A stretch of 63,993 nt of DNA, the filler included, from Neolecta irregularis DAH-3 (lineage: Eukaryota), in the NCBI GenBank assembly GCA_001929475.1. It is 7 parts of 7 records of this genome, joined end to end, with 100 filler letters (N's around TTAATTAATTAA, not from the genome) between each part and the next. Parts side by side here need not be neighbours in the genome. Positions count along the whole stretch, not along the records: positions 1 to 28,169 come from LXFE01000337.1; 6 more parts are not named here. One strand, 5' to 3'. The position numbers and the translations under genes are program-made. This document shows, piece after piece, positions 1 through 12,000 of the stretch (position 1 is the stretch's first letter; each line of letters opens with the position of its first letter). The notes under the pieces were generated by a model. The model was not told the DNA's origin. It saw nothing but the letters and a program-made list of their open reading frames with translations, and did no database searches.

Positions 1-444
1 TCTGCTTCTAGACTTGCAGCACAAAGCGAAATGTCGGTATGAGCCGTGTACACAAATCCTCGTAAACTTGCCATGGAATGTGAATTCCTGTCGAGAATTC
101 AAAAGTTTTTGTAAGACACAATCAGCAGGACTAGGAGCTATATTGAAAGGAAGTATTTGGATAAGGGGAAAATGTTTGGCAGTTTATTACAAGCAAAGGT
201 GTTCAGCATAGCGATCAGGGTTAAAGTGAAGAAAAAGGGCTGGTATTTGTAAGTAGACATTCAGGGCGATAAGGATGTTGTATAATCAGGCGTTTCCAGA
301 GTCGCTGATTGGAGGAAAGTAGAGATAATAGCCTGAAGTGAAAAAGTATAAGACAGCTCTCATTCGCACCAGAATCATTACGCTCAATGTATTTTCTCGC
401 TATTCTCACCAGCCTCGCTTTGACATTCTGTGTTGTAACTAAAT

Positions 445-817
445 CAGAGTTGTAACCAACTTGGTATTTTGAAAAAACCAGTGGAGGAGCTTCTTACTTG
501 ACTCAAGACAGTAAAGGTTTTCAGCCACAGCTGCAACGGGAGTGCGAGGTGGGAGGGACAGGTGAGCGGGAGAGGCGCGAGAGGTGCGCGAGATCGGAGC
601 GTGAGGTGGGAGAGGTGCGCGAGTCGGGAGAGATGATGGAGGCGGGCGGGACGGGAGCGCGAGGTGGAGATGGACGCGCGAGGTGGGAGAATCGGGCAGG
701 CGAGGCGTGCAGGAAGACGATAGGGAGGACACATGGGAGAAGGGCTACCTACATATGTGGGATTATTTAATATCACGTGTAAAAGCCCATTTCGGCCCAT
801 GGCCCATCACAACACTG
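445..817. mobile_element. Non-autonomous purine-rich element with hAT-like ends (copy 1)
   Basis: CAGAGTTGTAA at 445 and TCACAACACTG ending at 817 form an imperfect inverted repeat. The internal G/A-rich tract (530-730) and the GCCCATGGCC...CACAACACT and CCCCAACAC motifs recur at 4680-5014. Confidence 0.45.
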
Positions 818-830
818 TCCCCAACACCTA

Positions 831-898
831 CCAATTACAGAATATTTACCAGCTTCAGTTGATTCATAGGAAGGTGATACACCTGCAGACACTGGAGG
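831..898. repeat. Dispersed repeat, inverted copy at ~43948-44014
   Basis: Reverse complement (CTCCAGTGTCTGCAGGTGT...GAAGCTGGTAAA.ATTCTGTA.TTGG) matches 43948-44014. Confidence 0.8.
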
Positions 899-1414
899 AT
901 TGAAAGACAAGTGCTCTAAATAGGAAGACAAAGGTGAAAAGGCAGGTGGCAATGTCACAGTATGAGCAACTTGTGCGAGACTGCAAGTTAACAAAATTTC
1001 CGCCACCCCCTCCACCCCCACCAATAGACCTATCACTGCATGCTCTGTCTTTGAGATCCTCTCACTACGTTATAATAACCTTGACTCTGACAAAGCCTCA
1101 AGCAACCAAACAATGCCAGAATCAAATCGCCGACATGTTGAGCCATGGCCTGAATTGGAGGCTGCATTGCATGAATAGACTACAAGGATGGAAGAGCGTA
1201 TTATTTTAGCAAGTGACTTGTTGAAAATTTCAATCTTGCAAATGGTAACTCTGGATTTTAAATAAGAAAGTTTCATGCAAATTGCCTGTGCGGGATAATT
1301 CCCGGGCTACGCTTACGTCAGCACGCTTAGCCTGATTTGGTTATAAATTGCAGTCTCCGCATCCTCGATTCCTGCATTAGATTCACCTCCGGACCTATTT
1401 TTTCATCAGTCACC

Positions 1415-2744
1415 ATGGTCAAAGGTATCTCCTTGCTGAAAAGAGGTACCAATTGGTCAAGTACTTGCTGTTCTCTACAAAGGCGGAAAGCACGCTTTGG
1501 AAGAACCCCGTCTTCTCGGGACTACAGAAAACGAGCTTGGCCTTCGAGAGTACTTTATTTCTAGTCTGAAATGTCGCTTGACTCTACAGATGGCTTGAAT
1601 CTCAAGGACATCACTACATTGTTATAGACGATAAAGATGGTTCCAATTCCGTTTTTGAAAAGCATCTGGTCGATACCGAAATTCTTATTACGACCCCGTT
1701 TCATCCCGCATATCTTTCAAAGGAGCGAATGGCAAAAGCAAAGAACTTGAAGCTCTGCGTTACTGCCGGCATTGGTATGATTTCTCTATTCTTTGCCTGT
1801 ATCTGATATTCCCGCAGGCAGCGATCATATCAATCTGGACGCAGCAAATGAGTACAAAATCACCGTTGCCGAAGTCACTGGTAGCAATGTAGTCTCGGTT
1901 GCCGAACACGTAGTCATGACCATTCTCATTCTTATCAGAAACTTTATTCCCGCTCATGAACAAATTGTTGCCGGAGATTGTATTTCTTCCTTGGTTAAGA
2001 TCGCATTCATCTGGTATAGGGGATGTCGCTGCTGCTGCTCGACGTGAGTATGACCTCGAGGGAAAGGTTGTTGCGACAGTCGGGGCTGGGCGAATCGGGA
2101 CACGAGTCCTTCGAAGGCTGAAACCGTTCGATTGTAAAGAATTGCTTTATTTCGACTATCAACCTATGAACCCTGAAGCGGAGAAAGAAATTGGATGTCG
2201 GAGAATTAATGATCTAGAGGAGATGCTCTCTCTGGCTGATGTCGTTACAATTAACTGCCCGTTACACGAGAAGACGAAGGGCTTATTTAACAAACAGTTG
2301 ATTTCAAAAATGAAAAAAGGTATGCCCCAGTTCACTAAGGTATTAATCCACTATAGGCGCTTATCTGGTAAATACCGCTCGGGGCGCGATTTGTGTCAAA
2401 GAAGATATCGCGGAAGCAATGAATCGTGGTCACTTGAGTGGTTATGGGGGTGATGTTTGGTACCCTCAACCAGCTCCAAAAGATCACCCTTGGAGAACTA
2501 TGCCTTTTGTAAGTATTTATCGTGACTGCTAGTTGATAAGTAGAACGCCATGACTCCTCATGTCTCTGGTACCTCCATTGATGCACAAAAACGATATGCG
2601 GAAGGTACTAAGAGAATCATTGACAGATATTTCAAGGGCGTTGAACAGGATGATGCCGATGTCATTGTTACTGGAGGCCAATATTCCAGTGCGGCATATG
2701 GTCAACGATCAAAAGCTTCAGTAGGAGGTACCTTGAAAATGTGA
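1415..2744 (+). CDS. FDH1: NAD-dependent formate dehydrogenase (multi-exon)
   Basis: Spliced [98 protein letters not shown] introns. Confidence 0.96.
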
Positions 2745-3229
2745 GCCACTTGGTGTTATGTTTGATATGTTACTTTGTGCATAAGGCATTTCAACAATAC
2801 AAAGCCTGATCAAGGGAATGGTGTGTCTATCTATCAACTCTGCTAAAGAAACTTCGGCGAATCGATATCGACTAATTTCTTTCATTTGAGTAATCAACTC
2901 ATACCTCTGGGAACGGAGTCTATACTCTTCCTTCTCGAACAAATAATCTGAATTACCCAGAAAAATGAGTTTTCAAATCCCAAATATACCTTTCCCGCAA
3001 GGGAAGGATGCAAACAAGGCTCGCTGGAAATCCCTATTATATGATATGTTTCATGCCATAGAATTGACAAAGAGGTGCAATGGGCAAGGATTGCTGATAT
3101 TTGGCTCACAATCATAGACTTCTGGACTTGTAAATAGGATAAAAGTCGTGGATATAAGATAGAATATGAAAATCAATTTGAAAACTCAATCCAACCAGAC
3201 AGCATAACTCGGTCCATACCCGCTTAAAA

Positions 3230-3682
3230 TCAACATTGCCTCAATTTCAGGGGTGTCTTTGAACATCCATCGGGAGGGGCGCCTGTACTAGTTGAGGTGA
3301 CCAATGCATCCCATTCCTGATCCTTCTTACATCGATAGAATTGATAACCGCCACTTATCCCGATGTTGTAGTATCCGTCCAGAGTGAAATTGGCGCCGTC
3401 TGTTTCATCGTTTCCGAGTGAAATACTGTACCACTGGTCGTGGTTGTTCCAGTTACTAGTGATCTGCAAGAATCCTCCGGTGGTGTAATCATAAAGCTTG
3501 TTGGTGTCATAGTCATAGAACTGGATTGTATCCCCTGGGATTTGAAACGTTGCAAAACCTTCATAGAAAGCAATTCTCGAAGGATAAAAATCGGCATCGG
3601 CGGCGGAAGTTGAGTCAATGAGACAAGAATAAGCGGAAACTGTTGCGCAAAAGATCGCCGAGTAGATAGTGGAAAATCGCAT
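3230..3682 (-). CDS. Small secreted protein, 150 aa, intronless, cell-wall/effector-like
   Basis: Signal peptide MRFSTIYSAIFCATVSA; C-terminal FYRC...PDGCSKTPLKL; TATA-like CTATAAA about 40 nt upstream. Confidence 0.8.
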   Translation of the reverse strand: MRFSTIYSAIFCATVSAYSCLIDSTSAADADFYPSRIAFYEGFATFQIPGDTIQFYDYDTNKLYDYTTGGFLQITSNWNNHDQWYSISLGNDETDGANFTLDGYYNIGISGGYQFYRCKKDQEWDALVTSTSTGAPPDGCSKTPLKLRQC

Positions 3683-4311
3683 AGCGGTCTGGCACGACCA
3701 GAAAGCTCAAGGACGAGGCTTTATAGAACATTTTGGGATTGCTTTTAGTAATGGCTCAGAGAGAACAAAGCCACATTTGAACAAGTCTCGCGATAATGGG
3801 AAACACTGAAAACTGCTAAAGAACTCATTTTTAGAACAATAGTTTGAAGGCTACTTTCATGGTCACGTCGATTACAGTATCATTTACTAGCATGAGAACC
3901 TTTTAGTTGATGAGACGGCCTTAATTTTGATTTGCGATCACAAGACACTTTACAAAAGATCGACCTTGGATATGACATCAGTATCACTTTTTTTAGGTAG
4001 CGAAGAAATTCTGCCGAAGGGAAAAAAGAACATATTAGTTAGCCACGGAAAAAAACTTGATTGTGGGGCGTTATAATTCAAGATCCAGTCGGGCTAAAAA
4101 ATGGTTCAATGAATGCTCAAGGATCATCTGAAGCTGATTGGATACGTTCCAAAGCAGGCAATGTTCTAAATAGAGATCAGCGGACGAAAGCTAAAGTAGT
4201 TCAATTCTTTGGTCAAAAAGAAAACTTGTTTAAACTATCTGCGTTATCGCTACCACATCCGCTAATTACCTACCGAAACTCATGATAAGCTCAGATCCGA
4301 TTTAAGCGATG

Positions 4312-4650
4312 CCCCCCTAAACTTGACACCACCAAAGAAATTGTCATGACACATATATTTGTCTACCAAACTTCTATTCAAGGTTTAGCTCCCATTCAAA
4401 CATGCAGCTATCAATACTAGCTCTTTCTAACGCCTTTGCTGTCTTTTTAGCTTCTAATTCTGGTGCTCTAGCTACGATTTTTGCCCTTTCTTGAGTTGCT
4501 TTATCAATCACCTGTTGAATACTTTCAATAGTGGCAAATCAGCTATTTGGGTCAATTGGAACCCTTTTCCACACCTTCTTGTCCTGGAACTCCTGGATAA
4601 TTGATCCTTGCTGTTTAATAACTGATTCTTGCTGAGCTTGTTGAGCATTA
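4312..4650 (-). mobile_element. 3' end of a degenerate pogo/Fot1-type DNA transposon
   Basis: Minus strand reads ...DKKVWKRVPIDPNS*FATIESIQQVIDK..., resembling Fot1-type transposase C-termini, followed by a terminus-like GTGGTGTCAAGTTTAGGGGG sequence. Confidence 0.55.
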
Positions 4651-4654
4651 AGCT

Positions 4655-5014
4655 GTGCAATTGCCTTCCCAGTTTAGGATGGGCGAGACGGGCTGGCGTG
4701 GTGAGTGAGGTGGGTGAGGCAGGGGAGAAGGAACACGGGGAGGGAACGACGTGTCAGGCACGTGAGACGGGCGGGCCAGGCGGGTAGGCACGAGGCGGGA
4801 GAGATAAGCAGGCGAGATGGGAGAGGGAGGTGAGACGGGCGGGCGAGGCAGGAGAGGCAGGCGAGACGGGTAACGGGAGTGCGAGGTGTGTGAGACGAGG
4901 GAAACCACAGGCTTTTCATGGGCCAGCTAAGCCCATGGCCTGTCCACAACACTTGAGGGCAGCAATATGGGCTGTATTGAACAGGGCTAAGCCCACAGCT
5001 GGTCCCCAACACTG
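4655..5014. mobile_element. Non-autonomous purine-rich element with hAT-like right end (copy 2)
   Basis: G/A-rich tract 4680-4900 (GAGACGGG, GGCGAG repeats, GGGAGTGCGAGGTG shared with ~538-551); ends CCCCAACACTG. Confidence 0.45.
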
Positions 5015-5423
5015 ACTTGATGAAAGTTAGGAGTAGAGAGCAAATTACATACAAATCTTTTAGAATATATCAATGCTGAGTTTAGTTTGGGAAGAATTGT
5101 CACTCAATAATCAGCTACTACAAAGTCTAGACTGACTCCAAACTCTGCTCGCTATATATCCTGAAGCAAATGTAGCTCATAACAATGTCAAGATTTCATT
5201 CCCTATTCATTTGCCTGAACCAACGCTTATTCGATTGGGCGATCAAGAAATCAAAGTTGACTACCTACTGCCGGATGATTGCGATTTCCAAATCGGAGAT
5301 AAATATCCCGGAACCTCCTGCCTTGGGGATTTAATGTCGTTGGGTAGATACATCAAAAATCAAGGACTGTTTGCTGGGTATTTGGGCGGTGACACGATTC
5401 GATGTTCTGTATATTTGGTGCTT

Positions 5424-5456
5424 GTGGGGATTCCCGGAACCCCCACAGCCACCAGA
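5424..5456 (+). repeat. 33-bp hairpin-containing dispersed repeat (inverted identical copy at 26034-26066)
   Basis: GTGGGGATTCCCGGAACCCCCACAGCCACCAGA; exact reverse complement at 26034-26066. Confidence 0.9.
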
Positions 5457-5918
5457 GACGGATAACCACCGCCACCGGCAAATGGACCAAGAACATCCGC
5501 AAAGAGCTATCGACCTCTCCATCCGCAAGTAGAGCTAGGAAGCCCAATAGGGATGTTAGCCGCTTCCCTATTGAGCTTCCTAGGGTTGGTCCCCTTGAGC
5601 GGCCAGACCTAGGCAGTGAGAATCTTTTCTTAGGATGTTCAAGGAATATCTAGTGACCTCTATTGAGTTATTGTGGTTCTGAAGGTTCTTGGCGGTGTGA
5701 AGCATCATTTCATGAAGATTTTCGTATGCGGTGGATGATAATGCAAGTTGAAAAATTGGCATTCGAACTCAGTTTCCATAATATTAGAGACTGCAGGAGT
5801 AAGTTAATGTATTTGTAAGTTTTTCTCGCTTTTCACTCATAGATATATACTTGAAAACAGCTGCAAAAATATGAAATACAAGCCATATCAGTGATGATTA
5901 TTCTTTTTGGTGATTGTT

Positions 5919-6812
5919 TCAAATTTGCTCCTTTCGTTCATTCAAGATCTTTCGAATAGCTGCGACCATGAACTCTCGATGACCCCAGGTCCCAACACCA
6001 AACCTTTTGACAAGGTAACTGGCACGAATCTTGAAAAGTCTCTTTTTCTCAAGAAGATATGCAACAATATCCATTCTCATCATTAGCCTCCAGATCCAAT
6101 CAGTAAACTCTTGAGGAGTGACTTTCTGGCGGATTCCGACATCTTTAGTGATTGCACTACGCATACAGACTCGAATTCTGTGCATGAGACGATACATGTT
6201 CTTCAGAACAGGTGTTGAAATCATCATCTCTTTAAGAATCTTAATTTGGAGGGAGATTCGAGACTCGTGTTGCTGTGCTTTAATCCGTTGTGAATTATTC
6301 GTATATTCATGATTAAATACATGGATGAGCCATAGAGCTTTGAAATAACTCGGGGAATAGTCAATCCCTTCGCGGTTAACAAATACGGCGTCGAAAATGA
6401 TTCTTGTGTTCCTTGATATATTGTCGAGTTTTCGAAAGTGGGAAAAGTCGATCTCAGGATTCGGAAAACTTATATGAAAGAAGTGAGGCTTGACGAGCTG
6501 TGACCAAAAGTGTATCCGTTGATGGCATAGAGAGAGGATAAGAAATTGGCTGTGATCTTGAATCAGTTGATTGGTTTGATAATTAACAAGCAGAAGAGTC
6601 AGTAGTGTCTGGAGGTCTAGGTGTGAGAATATCTGAAGTAAAAGATCATTCGACAGTCGATGGATAGAATGTGAAGCTGTCTTGGCAAAAAGCTGAGTAG
6701 ATGTAAAGCCTTTCTGCGATTCTCTTCTTTTCCAGATGTATTTTTGTTCCTTTAGAACTACTGCCACAATAGTTGATGACATTGAAGGCATGACAATTTT
6801 GGTTAGTCCCAT
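5919..6812 (-). CDS. F-box domain protein, intronless, 297 aa
   Basis: F-box motif IHRLSNDLLLQIFSHLDLQTLLTLLLVNYQTNQLI. Confidence 0.8.
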   Translation of the reverse strand: MGLTKIVMPSMSSTIVAVVLKEQKYIWKRRESQKGFTSTQLFAKTASHSIHRLSNDLLLQIFSHLDLQTLLTLLLVNYQTNQLIQDHSQFLILSLCHQRIHFWSQLVKPHFFHISFPNPEIDFSHFRKLDNISRNTRIIFDAVFVNREGIDYSPSYFKALWLIHVFNHEYTNNSQRIKAQQHESRISLQIKILKEMMISTPVLKNMYRLMHRIRVCMRSAITKDVGIRQKVTPQEFTDWIWRLMMRMDIVAYLLEKKRLFKIRASYLVKRFGVGTWGHREFMVAAIRKILNERKEQI

Positions 6813-7451
6813 GAAGGTTGTTGACAGGTAAGGAGCTTGTCGTGAAGAATTACTAAACAGAGAATCTTCGCCTGAAACAACACTATTCTAAGTTCTCGTT
6901 GAAGCTCCTGCCTCCCTCGACCTTCACAATTTCTATCTTCGCCATTCTTCTTCTCTAATTCGCTATCTACCTATCTTGGCCCAGTTTTGCCTCCTACGTC
7001 GGTTCCTGTCTCCATAAGAGTGTCTTTGTAACTGGGAGTATGGAGCGTGGTGACGAATCACCGCGTGTAATTGGGGCTTAGCATAGTTTTTCATTTTTAA
7101 TCTACTGCGTGTGCTAGGAGGAAGTATGGCGGGCTCTTCAAGTTAGGATAGATAGTCTTCTGCCCCTCTTTTTCAGCCTAGATTCAATTATACATACAGT
7201 CAAATTTGAATCTCGACAATTTGAACAATGTATTACTAACAAACGCCTACAAAATTTATCTATACGGTTTATAATTATTGACACTCCCTCCCCCGCCCTT
7301 CGTCTTTCCGGATTTCAAAGCTTAGGACAGATTCTGCACTACAAACTGAAGTTGATGTGGCCGTGGAATTGAATAACGTGACCCGCGTTACCTGCATCCG
7401 ATTCTCAGACTCTTAGTCTATTTTTTAAAATCACCAAGATCAGCAGGACCA

Positions 7452-8736
7452 ATGTCGAGAGAGCATATAGTCATCGTCGGTATTCCCGATGATTAAGCAT
7501 AAGGAAGGCTCATAAAACAGGTGGAGGTATTCAAGGAGCATCAACAGCATATTATATAACCCATCACCAATCATTTTCCGCAGAAACTACAGATTTGACG
7601 CTTATTGAAGCTGTTTCTCCAGCATGTGCTGCCTCTGGAAATGCGGGTGGATTTATAGCTCCAAACTGGCATGGTAAATTAACGTCAAAATTGGCCGATC
7701 TCTCATGGCACGAACATCAACGTCTTGCGCAAAAGCATCCTAGGCTATGGGATTATATACAATTGGATACGTTTTCAGTCAAAGCAGATGAAAATTCTAA
7801 ACAAAGAGTGGTCTTGCCAAGGACAATTGATTGGTTGGATGGAAATGCCATTGAACATGCTGAGTTATTGGAACCAGAAATGATACTGCTCAGGTTCATC
7901 CGTATCGTCCGATTGAGAGAAGCATAATACCCATCCAAATAGATTCAAGCTGACAATCGGTCTTCTCAACCTGGCAAAAGATAAAGGCCTGAATGTAATC
8001 AACGGAAAGGTTAAATCGTTCGAGCAAAAGGCCGAATCGAAAGACATTGAATTTCTGATATACTCAACATCGAGTATGGAACACCAAACTTTGAAAGTCA
8101 CAAAAGTCATTTTTACGTTGGGCCCATGGACTTCTTCGCTTCTTCCCCAGACAAGAATCACTGGTCAACGAGCTCATGCTATCACCATTATTCCTACTCG
8201 TCCAACAACTCCACATGCATTCTTTACCTCAGTCACATCTAAGGGCGAAATTCTTGATGAACCTGAGATATATGCACGACCAGATGAAGTTTATGTTTGT
8301 GGGGAAACAGACAATGAACCTTTGCCTGAAACTGCAGACCAAGTCAAGACCGATGTTGAGAAATGCAAAAAGCTCCACCGCGCTGTCTGTTCGATTAGTC
8401 GGGTGCTACTTGAAGGGCATACCAACAGCCAGAGAGCATGTTACTTGCCTGTTGGCCCCATGAATGGTCCACTTGTAGGACGTGTCGGTAGTTTGGGGAA
8501 CTGTTGGATCGGTGCTGGGTATATATACATATCTTTATAAATTACTGATTATTAGACATTCTGTTTGGGGAATATGCCTATCAACTGGAACGGGGTTGGT
8601 GTTGTCTGAAATGGTAAGAGTTTGCCAAAAGAAAGATGTAATCATCTAGGTCATGAGTGGCAAGAAGATAGAAGACATTATTGGTAGTTATCCTTCTCCA
8701 GACTCTATGATTGGGTCATATCTGCCAGTATCGTGA
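7452..8736 (+). CDS. FAD-dependent oxidoreductase (DAO family, Tda3/Btn3-like); apparent 1-nt frameshift near 7862-7871
   Basis: HIVIVGGGIQGASTAY, AASGNAGGFIA, TAQVHP, LGPWT, EPEIYARPDEVYVCG, RACYLP, GAGHSVWGICLSTGTG. Confidence 0.85.
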
Positions 8737-9071
8737 TGGTGATTGGGGGTTGTTATTTGTTTTCTTTCTAGTTCTATATAGTTTGGTATTTTCTTGATTC
8801 TTTGCTTCTCCCTCGGCTTAATTAGCTTCCTGCAATGATTCAAGCGCCATATATCCGTAATCATCGCCTCCTTCAGGGGTTTGACCTGTAGGGAGCTGCT
8901 AAGCGTCAAGGAATTCACGACTAACCACCAGAAATCGGGTAGCCATCGTCCTTAACAACACCGACCTCGCGATTGCGTTATATATCTCCTCTTTTTCTCG
9001 TCAATTCGCCCCGAATACCACTAGAATCTTTGGAAACAGATGAATGACTGAATGTGCTTACCTATACAGTA

Positions 9072-12000
9072 ATGACGTCTGAAGAGAAGCAACTACCTGG
9101 TCTTCCCCCAACTCCTCGACATATTTTCGCCAGCCGCAAACGAAAACCACCTAAAACGAGCCTCAAAGAAAAGATTGGCATTCCTTACGAACAAATTCCA
9201 CCCCAGTCATCGCCGGTTTCTGTTTCGTATTTGCCCGACCAGCACCGACCCCCGTCTGCTGCTTCTTCTTATCAACAAAACAGCCCGCCAAATTCTGTTC
9301 GCTCTCAGAATATGTACAGGTCAATATCAGACTACGAGCCGAGCATTCGAAGTACTTTGTCGCACGGGCTGCCTTCTGGACCTCGACCTGCTCCATCAAG
9401 TCGAGTATCAAATCATACCCATGCACCTCCCCAATCCTATCGCCAATTCGATCAGATGAGTGTAGCATCGTCAATGTCAAGAGGATCTGGAATGAGCGAC
9501 TTGGACGATACTCCGAGGAGTAGTTATACATCGCAAATTGGTCCAAACGGCGAATTCCGTATGGATAGACCAGATGATGACGCGGCTGTGGAGGCCATGT
9601 TCATTGACTTGATGGTACTCCTCATTTATATTGGTTTAACATGGCAGAATAAGCGTGATTTCAAGAATTTACCAGAAAATGCACGGCGGCAGCTAATGGG
9701 ATATGATCCAGATAAGAAATGGACTTTGATCCATTCAGGCGCTATGGCTGAACATAACTCCAACGTGATGATCTTCTACAAAGACTGTTTTTAAGTTTCA
9801 GAAACGCCGACTTCACCAAGGATTAGGTCACGACAGAGATGTGCCGGAATGGTATGTGAGGAAAATCGTGGAACACAAAATATCTCTCAAGTTGTTGTCA
9901 TCTCTGAGTGTCTCTTTGCGAACCCTGACAATCAGGTAAGAAAATACAATAAAATCTTATTGACTTTAATAGCTGGGTGCAGAAATTTATCGATTTACAT
10001 GGACAAACAGCGTTGACTAAGATTCTCAGCGAGATAAACCAGCGTCCATCAAAGCAAATGTAGGATATTCTTTATTGAGTTTGCTTGATTTCTAGAAAGG
10101 AAGAAGATATCGAACGCGAATATGAGATTATCAAATGCATGAAATCACTACTCAATAATAAAGCATGCCTTTTGAGCTATTGTTTACTAATATCTAGTAT
10201 GGAGCAGATGATGCAGTAGATTCTCAAAGCTGTATATCTGCAATTACTGCCTCTTTGATCTCACCACATCTTCCAACCCGGAAGCTCGTCGCAGAAATTC
10301 TCACCTTCATTTGTCACTGGCAGAAACCTCTTGGTCATACCAGAGTACTTCAAGGCCTAGATAGCCTTCAAACAAAACTCAACGAATTTGGTCGCTTCGA
10401 CGCATGGCTTCGAGTTCTCGAGCACACGATCGATGGAAGAGGAAAAATGGGCAGTCTCGTTGGTGCAAGCGATGAAATTCGCAGAGCGGGTCTTGGAACC
10501 GATAATCTACTGATGGAGTATACACTTGCAAATCTCTTTCTTATCAATTCGATTTGTAACGGAGGGGAAGATCTGAATCTTAAAGTTCATATACGAGGAC
10601 AACTCCGTGGGTGTGGTTTTCATATTCGTTTAATGGGGAAAATGAAGAACTTTGGATACGACTTAATTGATAAACAACTCAACAAATTCGAATTGGAAGA
10701 GGCTACAGACTTTGCTGAATTGTCCGTACAAGAAGGTCGCGAGGAGCTTCAAAATATCGAGGATCCGGTTGAAGTTGTTCAAGCAATCTTGCGAAGAAAT
10801 GAAGGTACTCGAGCAGATGGATATTTTCTATCATCTTTACAGCATTTGTATCTTATTCCTGATGAAGGGGAGATTCGTTCGAGGTTATTTCAACTGTTTG
10901 ATGCGATTACAACGTATCTAGTGATGGATCGACGAGGCGCTGATATGACGGTTACTCAAGCGCTGAATATTCCAATTCATGACATTCTTGATCGACTACG
11001 GAGCGACGAGGAGGCGCAGGTTGCGATTGAAGATGCTAGAGAAGCTCGGTCGCTTGCCGAAAGGCTTGCGGTAGAACGAGATACCATCGCTGCACAGATA
11101 GAAATGGGTGCTGATGGACTTGTTAAACAGCTCCGCCAAGAAATAGAGGACCAGAATGAAGTTATAGAAGCTCAGAAACGAACAAATGAGACTTTACGCA
11201 GAGAACTTGAGGACCTTCAACAAGCACAGTTGAAGCAATCTCAGGAGAGTGAACTTGAAATTAGAGAACTCTACATGATGATTCGCGAAGTTTCACCAGA
11301 GGAATGGGACACATCGGGGGTTTTGGACCGTAATCAACTCATCGAGAAACTCGAACGACAACTAGAGCGAACAAAGACAGGTTATAAGTTGGAAGGGAAA
11401 AATTTCGATGCAGAAGGGCCGAGTGAAAAACTTTTGGTATCTTTAACCGCATTTTTCTCGGTTCTTACTCTTAGCGAATGAGAGAAAAGATGGATAAGGA
11501 GAGACTTACGAGGCTTGATCAAGAGCTTGGTCATCTCCGGAGTTTTTCCGGTGAAACTGAGGGTCATGATTCGCCTTTATCACCCGATGGCATGGATGGG
11601 CCATCATTATCAGCATTCTTTGGTGTATGTGTCGCCCCTGCTGAAAATCGGTTAATTTCCAGTCTTCGCGATCCCGGTCAACTCATGTTACTCGAAAGGC
11701 CTCTCAGTCGTCTGGATTTAGCTATCCAGGCGGTCACCGGCGTTCTGAAACACAGGACTTGATGCTCGAAGAAGGCGACGCAACAATCGAAAAGACTCAT
11801 GTCGTCCGTCTTCGCAAAGCATCTGCTGGTAAACCGGCATTTGTCAACGAAATTATCCCCAGGACGAATAAGGTGGACGGAAGCGACGATGACTATGAGT
11901 CAAAAGGCAGCGAAAATGGAAAAGAATCAAATGTTACGGCGCCCACTTCACACATCGCCAGCGAGAATGTTGAAACATCTAGAGTTTGGGTCAATGTCAT

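Noticed and set aside
1-430. Possible gene start on the minus strand at the window edge
   Set aside because: No recognisable motif or consistent exon structure.
439-800. Pro/Arg/Ser-rich ORFs here and at 4648-5054
   Set aside because: Translations of low-complexity purine tracts.
2718-3115. Two short minus-strand ORFs downstream of FDH1
   Set aside because: No homology cues; overlap the likely 3' UTRs.
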